Below are positions 22,830-32,279 of a stretch of 64,000 bases of DNA, one piece after another. Source of the DNA: an uncultured Eubacteriales bacterium (GTDB lineage: Bacteria > Bacillota > Clostridia > Oscillospirales > Acutalibacteraceae); contig CAYVTA010000002.1 of NCBI GenBank assembly GCA_964454355.1, positions 8,428 through 72,427 on the forward strand, in the 5' to 3' direction. Position 1 is the first letter of the stretch. The number at the start of each line of letters is the position of its first letter. Under the pieces are notes generated by a model. That model was not told where the DNA came from and searched no databases. It saw only the letters and a list, made by a program, of their open reading frames with translations. Made by a program: the position numbers and the translations under genes.

Positions 22830-23843
22830 TTATCTGTAAATCAAATGCACCGCATGAGCAATTCCGGGAATAGTAAGATTCTGCAATGCAGACGTAGATG
22901 AAAGCAATGCTCCAGTCGCAACAAACAAAACATTTTTAAGCTCTCCCTCTCTCATTCGTCTGAAAATATGTGAACATAGTACACTTGCAGAACAGCCACA
23001 ACCCGAAGCTCCTGCGTGAACATCTTGTTCATCACGATTAAAGAGCATCAGTCCGCAATCATTATGAACATTCTGAATATTCAGATTTTCTCTTGTCTGA
23101 AGCAGCTCATACAGTAATTTTGTACCGACAACACCCAAATCGCCAGTCAAAATCAAATCATAGTCATCCGGATTGGTGTTTGTATCTGAAAGATAATCTT
23201 TTATCGTTCTTGCCGCAGCCGGTGCCATAGCGGCTCCCATATTATTTGCATCCGTTATTCCCAAATCCTGAACTCTTCCGAAAGATACGCTGTCAATTAG
23301 TATTCCGCAGGGCTGATTCTGCTCAATTACGGCACAACCGGCAGCTGTTGCCGTTCTTTGTGCTGTAGGACTACGCTGACCACCGTATTCAAGCGGAAAA
23401 CGGAACTGTTTTTCAGCAGAGCAAAAATGTGAGGATGTGGAAGCAGTTGCAATTCTTGCTGCACCTGAATCTACAAAAACCGAAGCTGTTGCAAGAGACA
23501 GTGCCATTGTCGAACAGGCACCGTAAACACCCAAAAACGGAATGTTCATGTCTTTGATGCCAAATGTTGAGCCTGTACACTGATTCAGCAAATCTCCGGC
23601 AAAAAGAATATCAATGTCATCGGGTGTTTTTCCCGATTTTTTTATTGCAATTTCAACCGCTTTTTTATGGAGTTCACTCTCCGCCGTTTCCCAAGTTTCC
23701 TGTCCTATACCGTCATCAGGATAAAGATAATCAAATTCCGAAGCAAGAGGTCCTTCTCCTTCAGCTTTTGCACCTACTGCTGCTGAGCCTATAACTCCCG
23801 TATTTCCGGATAATTTTATTGTGTACCTACCGAGTCTTTCCAT
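22830..23843 (-). CDS. spoVAD: Stage V sporulation protein AD
   Basis: Thiolase/KAS-III-like fold and the typical SpoVAD N-terminus MERLGRYTIKL..GVIGSAAVGAKAEGEGPL. GGTGAT RBS before the ATG at 23843. Confidence 0.88.
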   Translation of the reverse strand: MERLGRYTIKLSGNTGVIGSAAVGAKAEGEGPLASEFDYLYPDDGIGQETWETAESELHKKAVEIAIKKSGKTPDDIDILFAGDLLNQCTGSTFGIKDMNIPFLGVYGACSTMALSLATASVFVDSGAARIATASTSSHFCSAEKQFRFPLEYGGQRSPTAQRTATAAGCAVIEQNQPCGILIDSVSFGRVQDLGITDANNMGAAMAPAAARTIKDYLSDTNTNPDDYDLILTGDLGVVGTKLLYELLQTRENLNIQNVHNDCGLMLFNRDEQDVHAGASGCGCSASVLCSHIFRRMREGELKNVLFVATGALLSSTSALQNLTIPGIAHAVHLIYR

Positions 23844-23965
23844 TGTTATCACCAAAAAACACATTTTTTTGTATTTATTTTTTGATATTTAAAAGATAAT
23901 ATACACTTGTAAAATATTTGTAATTGTGTTAAAATTATGTTGAAAAATATTAGGGGGTTTCTGCG

Positions 23966-25210
23966 ATGAATTTCAAAGACATCATAAAAGGTGCAAAACA
24001 GCAAGTTTCAGACTGCACAAAGTATTCAATTGATTCAATTACACATATTTGCAAAGAGTTTGGTCCTCGTCCCTGCGGCGATGAAAGTGAAAAAAAAGCC
24101 CAGGAATACATGATGGAAAGCCTTAAACAATACGCAGACTCAGTAAGCCGTGAAACATATGAGGTTCATCCTGATGCTTTCATGTCATTTGTTCCGGTTG
24201 CAGGCACCTGTCTTCTCGGTTCAACCGTATGCAATATTTTAGGTGCATTTAAAAATAAGAAGATTTCCACCGTATCATATGCTCTTATCGGAGCAGCTCT
24301 TTCCGGAATTGTCGGTGAATTTGTGCTTTATAAAGAAATGCTTGACCCTCTCTTTAAGAAAAAAGAATCAGGCAATGTTATTGCTGTCAGAAAGGCAAAA
24401 GGCGAAACAAAACGTAGGATCATTGTTGCAGGTCATACCGATTCTGCTCCTGAATGGACATACACTTACCTTCTCGGCTCCCACGGAGTAATGGCCGTTG
24501 CTCTTTATGCCGTTGCTGGTCTTCTTTATACAGGAGTATCCACCGGTGCAATACTAAAAACAAGCAATAAGGAGCTTGCAAAAAAGCTCAGTCTCGGTCA
24601 ACTTGCATTTGTACCGGCATACGGTTTACTCTACAAATTCACAAACAACAAAAAGTATGTTCCCGGAGCAATTGATAATCTTACAGGCTGTTATGTTGCT
24701 GCGTCTGTACTTAAATTCCTTGAAGAAAACGACATAAGATTCGAAAATACAGAAGTTGTTGCTGCATTAGTCGGCGGCGAAGAAGCCGGTCTCAGAGGTT
24801 CAAAAGCTTTCTTCAAGGCTCATCCGGAATTTGACGGTTCAGACGGTATTGAGACAGTATTTACATCCTTTGATACAATCCGTGATGAAGACTTCATGAC
24901 GATTTACAATAAAGATATGTCGGGAACAGTTAAAAACAACGATGACGTATGCAATCTCATGAAAAATGCCGCTGCAAAAGTTGGACTTGAAGTGCCTTTC
25001 GGTACTGTTCCTCTTGGTGCAACCGATGCTGCTGCCGCTTCTCAGGCAGGTGTTCCTGCCGCAAGCTTTGTTGCAATGGATCCTGCTCCCGCAAGATATT
25101 ATCACACAAGACTTGACGATGTAGATAACCTTGTTCCCGAGGCTGTTGAAAAAGCAATTGATATAGCAATTCAGACTGTATTCGATTTTGACGAAAACGG
25201 ACTTAATTAA
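23966..25210 (+). CDS. Membrane-associated M28-family aminopeptidase
   Basis: Metal-ligand blocks GHTDSAPEW and GGEEAGLRGSKAF, with internal TM helices. AGGGGG RBS. Confidence 0.75.
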   Translation: MNFKDIIKGAKQQVSDCTKYSIDSITHICKEFGPRPCGDESEKKAQEYMMESLKQYADSVSRETYEVHPDAFMSFVPVAGTCLLGSTVCNILGAFKNKKISTVSYALIGAALSGIVGEFVLYKEMLDPLFKKKESGNVIAVRKAKGETKRRIIVAGHTDSAPEWTYTYLLGSHGVMAVALYAVAGLLYTGVSTGAILKTSNKELAKKLSLGQLAFVPAYGLLYKFTNNKKYVPGAIDNLTGCYVAASVLKFLEENDIRFENTEVVAALVGGEEAGLRGSKAFFKAHPEFDGSDGIETVFTSFDTIRDEDFMTIYNKDMSGTVKNNDDVCNLMKNAAAKVGLEVPFGTVPLGATDAAAASQAGVPAASFVAMDPAPARYYHTRLDDVDNLVPEAVEKAIDIAIQTVFDFDENGLN

Positions 25211-25371
25211 TCATTATTCAGCTTTACCGTCTCGATTTCTGTGCCGTCATTGATATATGCTGTTTGCTCTGCGGCCAAAATCAAGCCGGACAGCGTACAA
25301 ACAATAAACAAAATCCACACTACGGCAAGGCTGAAGCCTCTTGCAATCTTTTTTTCTTCTTTAGTTTTCAT
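25207..25371 (-). CDS. Unannotated 54-aa single-pass membrane micro-protein translationally coupled to spoIIP
   Basis: Hand translation gives MKTKEEKKIARGFSLAVVWILFIVCTLSGLILAAEQTAYINDGTEIETVKLNND*. The ATG overlaps the spoIIP TGA as ATGA. AAGGTGA lies 4 nt upstream. It is shorter than the 60-aa cutoff of the ORF track. Confidence 0.45.
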   Translation of the reverse strand: MKTKEEKKIARGFSLAVVWILFIVCTLSGLILAAEQTAYINDGTEIETVKLNND

Positions 25372-26525
25372 ATTTCACCTTTTTCTGCAAATTCATTTAT
25401 CAAATCGGTCAGGACATCGCCCAAAAGCCTTCCTGAATACGCCGCTTCTTTGAGGGTATTCATGTCTGTCCCCACTTCAATAAGCAGAGAATACGGTGTA
25501 ATGTCCATATTATATTTTCGGCAACAAAAATATATCGGTTTCATTAAATTTTCGTACTTTTCGTTTGCCGCTTTTTGCAAATGAAAAGCAAATGCAAGAT
25601 TGGTTTCCCAAGACGAAAAATCTGTTATACTTCCGTCCTGAGCACCTGCAATTATCATCATCTGAGCCGCTTTTTCATTTTCGATTTGAGTAATTTGCTT
25701 TACTCGAGTATAACTGTCATAATATATCGCATCACGGTGAATATCAAGGGTAATAACGATTGACGGATTCTCCTTGAGGATTTGTTCAATCCCCTCTCTT
25801 GACTTGCTGTAAGCTCCTGTATAAACGGTATCATATATTGTTTTATCATGAATAACACCGATTCCGTTTGATTCAAGCACTCTTGCAATTTCTTCCCCTA
25901 TACGAACCATATTTACATCCGTATTTTCATTCCGAGACGGATAATCGGAAGAAAATTTACCGTTGTCGGTCATTATGTATGTTTCAGTGGAATGTGTATG
26001 ATAAATCAACACAACAGGCTTTGAGATATCCTCTATCGGAAGAAAAAAATCCTGTGACAATATATCTTCAATATTAATTTCTTTCGTTTCTGTCACGTTT
26101 CTGACATAAACATTTTCAAAAGAATCCGTAGCCTGATAATCTGTAAATGTTTTTTCAACAATTTCTCCATCATAAATATATATATCATCGTCAAATCGCT
26201 TGAGCACCTCATTCATACTCTGAATAATATCTGTAGGAGTAACGCTTAAGTCAACTAACGGTTCACTGACATTTTCCCGTTCAGTATTCTGTTGTACATA
26301 CTCCTTATCATCCTCTTGCGAACAAAAAAATGATGTTATATTATCTTTAATGCGTTCAAACTCATAAACTGCTCCCTCAGGCATTACAAGAACAGCACTT
26401 GCATAAGCAATCCTTGATGCAAAAGCGTTATCGGTAGGCAGATTGTATGCCCCTACAGCCATTGCAACGGACAAAAGTACTGTTACACCGAGAGGGAGCT
26501 TAAATTGTTTCTTTTTACGGAACAT
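25368..26525 (-). CDS. spoIIP: Stage II sporulation protein P
   Basis: PVVLIYHTHSTETY and the amidase-like core DIHRDA. The N-terminal TM segment begins at MFRKKKQFKLPLGVTVLLSV. The start is ambiguous: the ATG at 26525 is 16 nt from GAGGTGAT, and the alternative ATG at 26573 has no RBS. Confidence 0.82.
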   Translation of the reverse strand: MFRKKKQFKLPLGVTVLLSVAMAVGAYNLPTDNAFASRIAYASAVLVMPEGAVYEFERIKDNITSFFCSQEDDKEYVQQNTERENVSEPLVDLSVTPTDIIQSMNEVLKRFDDDIYIYDGEIVEKTFTDYQATDSFENVYVRNVTETKEINIEDILSQDFFLPIEDISKPVVLIYHTHSTETYIMTDNGKFSSDYPSRNENTDVNMVRIGEEIARVLESNGIGVIHDKTIYDTVYTGAYSKSREGIEQILKENPSIVITLDIHRDAIYYDSYTRVKQITQIENEKAAQMMIIAGAQDGSITDFSSWETNLAFAFHLQKAANEKYENLMKPIYFCCRKYNMDITPYSLLIEVGTDMNTLKEAAYSGRLLGDVLTDLINEFAEKGEI

Positions 26526-26583
26526 CTTGCGTTTTATTTTTATCACCTCAACATTAATTGTATGAAATGACAAAAATAAAAAT

Positions 26584-27459
26584 TCACATAAGAATCATTA
26601 AATCCTCTGCAGATATATCCGTCTGCAATGCGGAATTTAAGGCAAGTGCAATAAATTTGGATGCTCGCTGACAAATAATATCTGCTTCTCTTGATGCTAC
26701 AATATATTCCTTGAACCTTTCTCCCTTTGAAATATCGGCCTCTGCCTCAATTTCGGAAAGGATATTTTCCGCCAATGTATATGCACTGATGACAGTAGGA
26801 ACACCAATAGCAATAACGGGGACTCCCAAAGTTTTTTCGCTCATTTCCTTGCGGCTGTTCCCGATTCCAGAACCGGGAGAAATGCCTGTATCTGTTAGCT
26901 GAACGGTTGAACCCAGCCTGTTTATATCCATTGCCGCCAATGCATCAACAGCAATCACACAGGAAGGTCTAATATGTGCCACAAGGCTCGCAATTATCTC
27001 AGATGACTCCATACCTGTATTGCCCAAAACACCGGGAGAAATCGCCGCAACAGAACGTAGGGAATCAAAACCCAAAGCTAATGCAAGCTCCCTACCGATA
27101 TGACGTGTAACAAAAATTTTATCAGCACATTCAGGACCGAGTGCATCAGCAGTCATATCCCTGTTTCCAAGTCCTGCAATAAGGACAGTTCCTTTTTTTG
27201 GCAATAGCGATTTAATTTCACTAATTAATCCGTCGAGTCTGCCGTCGAGCATTTCACCGTCTGAGGAAAATGAAGGAACATCAATGGTTATATATTTTCC
27301 CTTCGGTTTTCCTAAAAGCCGTTCACCGTTTTCATTTGTGATTTTTACGCTTGTAATAGTTGAATTTCCGCAATGTTTAACAGTTTTCTCAATTCCGTCC
27401 TTTTCACCTGCACCGCAAATTTCAATTCTTTCAATCGCAAGATCTGTTCTGAAATCCAA
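26584..27459 (-). CDS. gpr: Germination (spore) protease
   Basis: MDFRTDLAIERIE N-terminus and a GPR family-type core. TTG start 6 nt after AGGTGA. The conserved rpsT-gpr-spoIIP neighbourhood is present. Confidence 0.9.
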   Translation of the reverse strand: MDFRTDLAIERIEICGAGEKDGIEKTVKHCGNSTITSVKITNENGERLLGKPKGKYITIDVPSFSSDGEMLDGRLDGLISEIKSLLPKKGTVLIAGLGNRDMTADALGPECADKIFVTRHIGRELALALGFDSLRSVAAISPGVLGNTGMESSEIIASLVAHIRPSCVIAVDALAAMDINRLGSTVQLTDTGISPGSGIGNSRKEMSEKTLGVPVIAIGVPTVISAYTLAENILSEIEAEADISKGERFKEYIVASREADIICQRASKFIALALNSALQTDISAEDLMILM

Positions 27460-27558
27460 AATACATCACCTGTAAAAGTTTTTACCTACATGGGATTTTT
27501 ATTCAAATTATGATACAAAAACCGTTTTAAAATTATTCTATATTTTTTTTAAAATAAC

Positions 27559-27587
27559 TTGCTTTTTTTTACAAAGCATGATATTAT
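27559..27587 (+). promoter_or_regulatory. Candidate sigma-A promoter of rpsT
   Basis: TTGCTT-17 nt-TATTAT, about 30 nt upstream of the AAAGGAGG RBS. Confidence 0.55.
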
Positions 27588-27620
27588 AATAATCTGTATA
27601 GACAAAAGGAGGTGCGATGA

Positions 27621-27884
27621 ATGCCCAATATTAAATCTGCAAAAAAGCGTGTAATCGTAAATGCAACAAAAGCTCAGAGAAACAAGTCTGCTAACACAGC
27701 TCTTAAAACAGCTCTCAAGAAGGCTAACGTAGCTATTGAGACAAATGCAGCTGACAAGGCTGAAGCAGTTAAGGCTGCTGAGAAGAAAATAGATCAGGCT
27801 GTTGCAAAGGGACTTATTCACAAGAATAACGCTGCCCGCAAAAAGTCAGCTCTCGCAGTTAAGCTCAACAAGTCCAACGCTTAA
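27621..27884 (+). CDS. rpsT: 30S ribosomal protein S20
   Basis: [23 protein letters not shown], 87 aa. Confidence 0.95.
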   Translation: MPNIKSAKKRVIVNATKAQRNKSANTALKTALKKANVAIETNAADKAEAVKAAEKKIDQAVAKGLIHKNNAARKKSALAVKLNKSNA

Positions 27885-27927
27885 TGGATAGTATGCTTTG
27901 ATTTTATCAACGAAGGGATGGTTCTCC

Positions 27928-28110
27928 ATGAAAAAGTTTTTAAAAGTTTTGGCAATTGTTGCCGCAATCGCCGGCGTTGCAACTGCAGTTTATGTTGCAG
28001 TAACAAAATTTATGGAAAAGAAACAGAAGATAGGCAATACTGAAGAGAATTATGTTTCCTGCTCTTGCTTTGACGATGAATTCGCTACAGCAGAAACAGT
28101 AGTTGCTTAA
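27928..28110 (+). CDS. Small (60-aa) single-pass membrane protein
   Basis: MKKFLKVLAIVAAIAGVATAVYVAVTKF TM helix. AAGGGA RBS 9 nt upstream. A strong terminator follows. Confidence 0.5.
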   Translation: MKKFLKVLAIVAAIAGVATAVYVAVTKFMEKKQKIGNTEENYVSCSCFDDEFATAETVVA

Positions 28111-28131
28111 TTTGATCGGTTGATAAAAACA

Positions 28132-28158
28132 AGAGCCCAGCTTCGGGCTCTTTTTTGT
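28132..28158 (+). terminator. Intrinsic terminator after rpsT and the small ORF
   Basis: AAGAGCCC-AGCTTC-GGGCTCTT followed by TTTTGTTTT. Confidence 0.85.
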
Positions 28159-28193
28159 TTTACCTGTACACGAAAAGTTTGTTAACAAATATA

Positions 28194-28214
28194 GGGCAGC
28201 GGAAACCGCTGCCC
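28194..28214 (-). terminator. Probable terminator hairpin of the beta-helix gene
   Basis: GGGCAGCGG-aaa-CCGCTGCCC, a perfect 9-bp GC-rich stem 13 nt after the stop. The T-tract on the minus strand is weak (TATATTTGTT). Confidence 0.5.
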
Positions 28215-28226
28215 TAAAATATTTAT

Positions 28227-30041
28227 TTATTGAAATATTCCATTGTTGAAATTCGAGGTCGTTTCAAGGAATGTTGCATAGTTGCTGTTGACAAGCTTTG
28301 TTGTTCCGCAGTAAACATTTTCAAATGTTATTGTATTGAATGTTGTAGCAGACTGAGTTGTATAAACCTTACTTGTAACATTGTTTGAAGCGTAATTAAC
28401 ATTCTTGAATGTAATATTACTCATTGTTATGCCGTAAGAAAGACCTTCAACAGCGTAACAGCTTATTGCTGCCGAATCATTACGGTAAATATTGATATTT
28501 TCAAATGTAACATTTGAAATTGTATTTGCACGCTGATTAGACTCTGTAACCATTATACCGATTGCAGCAATCTCATATTTAGCCCATGTTGCATCGTGAC
28601 AAATTACGGTGCAATCTTTAAATGTAACATCGCTGATAGGAAGATTTGCTTCACCGGAGATACCGAAAGCTCTTGCCTTGCTTGCCCATGCAACACAGTT
28701 TGTGATCTCGACATCGGTTGTATAGCAAGAAGCTGCATCTTCACCGCCGAGAGTCTTTACTGCAAACAGGTCGTCACCTGAACGTGCGAAGCAGTTGTCA
28801 ACAGTAACATTCTGTGAGTTACAGATATCAAATGCGTCAGAATTAAGACGGTAGCCGAAGATATCAACATCCTTAATTGTAACGCCGTTTACTCTGTAGG
28901 TCTGGATTGTCCATTCAGCAGAGTTAATAAGCTTGATACCGCTGATCTCAACATTGCTACCCCAAGAAAGAACGATACCCTTTCTTTCTGCCTTGTCAAG
29001 AGCTGTAAAGTCGATAGCACCGTAACCCATAATCTTTACGTTATTAACACCTGAACCGCCGATAAGCGGATATCTTGTAAGACCTCCGATGCCTGCAAGA
29101 CCTGAACCTTCTGTATACGAAGCTGCATCTGCTGCACTGCTTATATTCTGCTTGTTAGTGGCAGTAACATAAGTACCCTGTTTAAGATAAATAACTATAT
29201 TATCGGTAAGACCGGCTGCATTAAGATCAGTGTAATAAGCACCAAAGTCAGTGTAATAATCAAGATAGCCTTCATAAGCGAGAACTGTATAGCCCTGAGC
29301 TTCAAGCTCTGCTATTCTTGCATCGTCATCGACTTCTTCACGGACAAAAAGAGTATATGCATATTCCTGGCTTTCATTATTAAGAAGGAATGTGTAAATT
29401 CCGTAACCTGAAAGCTTTGCTGTCATAACACCGTTTGAAACGGAGGCTGTATATTTCTCGTTATCAACAATATATACTGCATTTGTTATGGTAAGATCTG
29501 CTGAATCAAGAGAAATTTTAAATTCAACATCATCCATATCATCTGTAATATAAATTTCAGAGAATGAGTGAAGAGCACCCTTACCTGTTTCACCTATATA
29601 TACGGTTGCAGCATATACGGGGATATCAGCGTCATCAATCTGTGCTGTGTAATAAGGTGAAATAACAAGTCCGTTAACATCTTCATAACCCTGACAAGCA
29701 CTATACTCGTCGTCATTATTCTCATTTGCTCTTGCAGTAAGAGTTGCTACGCTTATGTTGTTAGCAGCAAGTGTCTTTACAGCTTCAGAAGGATACTCAA
29801 GATAAGTATAATCGAGAGTTATCGGTGCCTCTGTTTCTGTTTCTGTTTCTGTTTCTGTTTCTGTTTCCGGTTCTGTTGTTGTCTCGTACTCGTCTCCGGG
29901 TGTTGTTGTTTCTTCAATCACAATGTCTGAAGAATCTTCAGGAGAAACTTCCGGAGCTGTGGAATTAAGTCCAAACAAAGAAGAAAATATAACAGAAAAT
30001 GCTAAAAATATAGTTTGTAAAAACTTAATTAATTGTTCCAT
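28227..30041 (-). CDS. Secreted right-handed beta-helix glycoside hydrolase (GH28-like) with a Thr/Glu linker
   Basis: Signal peptide MEQLIKFLQTIFLAFSVIFSSLFG. PbH1-like repeats. NSDAFDI, SGDDLFAVKT and RAFGISG resemble the GH28 blocks NTDG.D, GDD and G.HG.S. TEPETETETETETETE linker. Confidence 0.6.
   Translation of the reverse strand: MEQLIKFLQTIFLAFSVIFSSLFGLNSTAPEVSPEDSSDIVIEETTTPGDEYETTTEPETETETETETETEAPITLDYTYLEYPSEAVKTLAANNISVATLTARANENNDDEYSACQGYEDVNGLVISPYYTAQIDDADIPVYAATVYIGETGKGALHSFSEIYITDDMDDVEFKISLDSADLTITNAVYIVDNEKYTASVSNGVMTAKLSGYGIYTFLLNNESQEYAYTLFVREEVDDDARIAELEAQGYTVLAYEGYLDYYTDFGAYYTDLNAAGLTDNIVIYLKQGTYVTATNKQNISSAADAASYTEGSGLAGIGGLTRYPLIGGSGVNNVKIMGYGAIDFTALDKAERKGIVLSWGSNVEISGIKLINSAEWTIQTYRVNGVTIKDVDIFGYRLNSDAFDICNSQNVTVDNCFARSGDDLFAVKTLGGEDAASCYTTDVEITNCVAWASKARAFGISGEANLPISDVTFKDCTVICHDATWAKYEIAAIGIMVTESNQRANTISNVTFENINIYRNDSAAISCYAVEGLSYGITMSNITFKNVNYASNNVTSKVYTTQSATTFNTITFENVYCGTTKLVNSNYATFLETTSNFNNGIFQ
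29831..29866. repeat. Perfect hexanucleotide microsatellite (CTGTTT)x6 inside the beta-helix CDS
   Basis: Six exact tandem copies, encoding (Glu-Thr)n on the minus strand. Confidence 0.95.
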
Positions 30042-30144
30042 AGTTAACAAACCACTCCTATATGTTTTTTTAAATTGTATCACACATATACAAATTTTTC
30101 AAGACATTTATAATTATTCCGTCAATTTATTCCATCTTGATTGC

Positions 30145-30186
30145 AAAAAAGTGCTTTCGATCACACTAAATCAAAAGCACTTTTTT
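30145..30186 (-). terminator. Intrinsic terminator of hppA
   Basis: AAAAAAGTGCTTT-N16-AAAGCACTTTTTT, a 13-bp stem flanked by A and T runs. It begins 6 nt after the hppA stop. Confidence 0.75.
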
Positions 30187-30191
30187 ATATT

Positions 30192-32279
30192 TTAAAAAAT
30201 ACTGAAATTAACGACCAATGCTGAGAAAACAATTGATACCATTGAAAGCAGTTTTATAAGAATATTGATTGCCGGACCGGAAGTATCTTTGAAAGGATCA
30301 CCGACTGTATCACCTACCACTGCAGCTTTGTGATTATCCGAGCCTTTTCCGCCGTGTACGCCGCTTTCAATATATTTTTTTGCATTATCCCATGCACCGC
30401 CTGAGTTAGACATAAACACTGCCATAAGGAATCCTGAAGCTGTCGCACCTGCAAGCATACCCACTACACCTGCACAGCCGAGAATCAAACCAACAACAAC
30501 CGGAACAGCAATTGCTACAATAGTAGGAAGCACCATTTCCTTGAGACTTGCCTTTGTACAAAGGTCAACACATTTAGCATAATCAGCCTCAGCTTCGCCT
30601 TTCATAAGTCCCTTGATTTCCTTAAACTGACGTCGAACTTCCTTAACAACGCTCTGTGCCGCATGACCTACGGAATTCATAGTAAGTGCTGCAAAAACAA
30701 AAGGAAGACAAGCACCGATAAACAATCCTATAAGAACTGTAGGATTCATCAGGCTTAAATCAGCAATTTTTTCGGCTCCACCGGGAATAGACTGAACTTT
30801 ATCAATATAAGAAGCCATAAGAGCAAGAGCAGTCAGAGCAGCAGAACCGATTGCAAAGCCTTTGCCCGTAGCAGCAGTTGTATTGCCCAAGGCATCAAGT
30901 GCATCGGTACGTTCTCTTACCTCTTTTTCAAGTCCTGCCATTTCAGCTATACCGCCTGCATTGTCAGCGACAGGGCCGTATGCATCAGTAGCAAGAGTAA
31001 TGCCTAAAGTTGAGAGCATACCTACAGCCGCAAGAGAAATACCGTAAAGTCCCATGTTAGCCGAAGCTGCACCGCCGCAAACAAAATAAGCAACAAGAAC
31101 ACAAATTGCAACAATAATTATAGGAAGTGCTGTTGACAGCATACCCAGAGACAATCCGCTGATAATAATTGTAGCAGAACCTGTTTCGGAAGATGCTGCA
31201 AGCTTACGTGTGGGGTTATATGAATCTGAAGTAAAATATTCAGTTGACTGTCCGATAAGAACACCTGAAATAAGTCCTGCAAGAATTGCAAAATAGAACT
31301 TCCAGTTTTCCGCACCTAAAACAAAATAAACAAGAGGGAATGAAATAACTGCAATAAGAATTGCCGAAAAATTTGTACCTCTGCTCAAAGCTTTAAGAAG
31401 ATTTTTCTGACTTGCACCCTCTTTTGTACGAACGAGGAACGTACCGAAAACCGAACAAACAATACCAACCGCCGCCAGAAGCATCGGCAAAGCCATTGCC
31501 TTTATATCTCCGCTAAATGCGGCAACACCCAATGCAGAAGCAGATATAATAGAGCTTACATACGACTCGTAAAGGTCTGCACCCATACCGGCAACGTCAC
31601 CTACGTTATCGCCAACATTATCTGCAATTACAGCAGGATTACGAGGATCATCCTCGGGAATACCTGCTTCTACTTTACCAACAAGGTCAGCACCGACATC
31701 GGCAGCCTTTGTGAAGACTCCTCCGCCTACTCGTGCAAACAGTGCCATTGAAGAAGCACCCATACCGAAAGTAAGCATTGCACTTGTAATTTCTGCAGTT
31801 TCAAGTTTAAATACAAACTTCAACAGGAAGAACCAAATTGAAATATCAAGCAGTCCCAAGCCTACCACAGTAAATCCCATAACGGAACCTGCGGAAAAAG
31901 CAACTCTCAAACCTTTATTGAGTCCTTCACGACAAGCATTCGCAGTTCGGCTGTTTGAGAGGGTAGCAATTTTCATACCGACAAAGCCCGACAGTGCAGA
32001 AAAGAATCCGCCTGTAATAAAAGCAAAAGGCACATACGGTGTAAGGAAATCAAAAATTGCCATAACACCTAAAATAACAAACATTACCGTAAAGAAAATA
32101 AGAACGATAATGTACTGTCTTTTTAAGTATGCATTTGCACCTTTTCGGATTGATTCAGAAATTTTTTTCATTTTTTCGGTGCCTTCGGAATACTTAAGCA
32201 CTTTTTTTGCAGTAAAAAACGCAAACAAAAGAGCAATAAGAGCACCTGCACCTGTGAGAATTACAAGAATTTTATCCAT
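30192..32279 (-). CDS. hppA: Membrane-bound H+/Na+-translocating pyrophosphatase
   Basis: GDNVGDVAGMGADLYESY, DNVGDNVGD, about 16 TM helices, 695 aa. GGAGGGAG RBS. Confidence 0.95.
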   Translation of the reverse strand: MDKILVILTGAGALIALLFAFFTAKKVLKYSEGTEKMKKISESIRKGANAYLKRQYIIVLIFFTVMFVILGVMAIFDFLTPYVPFAFITGGFFSALSGFVGMKIATLSNSRTANACREGLNKGLRVAFSAGSVMGFTVVGLGLLDISIWFFLLKFVFKLETAEITSAMLTFGMGASSMALFARVGGGVFTKAADVGADLVGKVEAGIPEDDPRNPAVIADNVGDNVGDVAGMGADLYESYVSSIISASALGVAAFSGDIKAMALPMLLAAVGIVCSVFGTFLVRTKEGASQKNLLKALSRGTNFSAILIAVISFPLVYFVLGAENWKFYFAILAGLISGVLIGQSTEYFTSDSYNPTRKLAASSETGSATIIISGLSLGMLSTALPIIIVAICVLVAYFVCGGAASANMGLYGISLAAVGMLSTLGITLATDAYGPVADNAGGIAEMAGLEKEVRERTDALDALGNTTAATGKGFAIGSAALTALALMASYIDKVQSIPGGAEKIADLSLMNPTVLIGLFIGACLPFVFAALTMNSVGHAAQSVVKEVRRQFKEIKGLMKGEAEADYAKCVDLCTKASLKEMVLPTIVAIAVPVVVGLILGCAGVVGMLAGATASGFLMAVFMSNSGGAWDNAKKYIESGVHGGKGSDNHKAAVVGDTVGDPFKDTSGPAINILIKLLSMVSIVFSALVVNFSIF

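Noticed and set aside
25241-25584. Plus-strand ORFs 25241..25453 and 25264..25584 between the M28 peptidase and spoIIP.
   Set aside because: They have no RBS and they overlap the spoIIP 3' end antisense. The minus-strand 54-aa ORF, with its ATGA coupling and RBS, explains the interval better.
27460-27545. Possible forespore (sigma-F/sigma-G) promoters upstream of gpr, and likewise upstream of spoVAD (23844-23930) and spoVAE (60894-60960).
   Set aside because: I found only partial matches (for example GTATCA-18-CATGTAG upstream of gpr). They are too degenerate to call by eye without a position weight matrix or comparative data.
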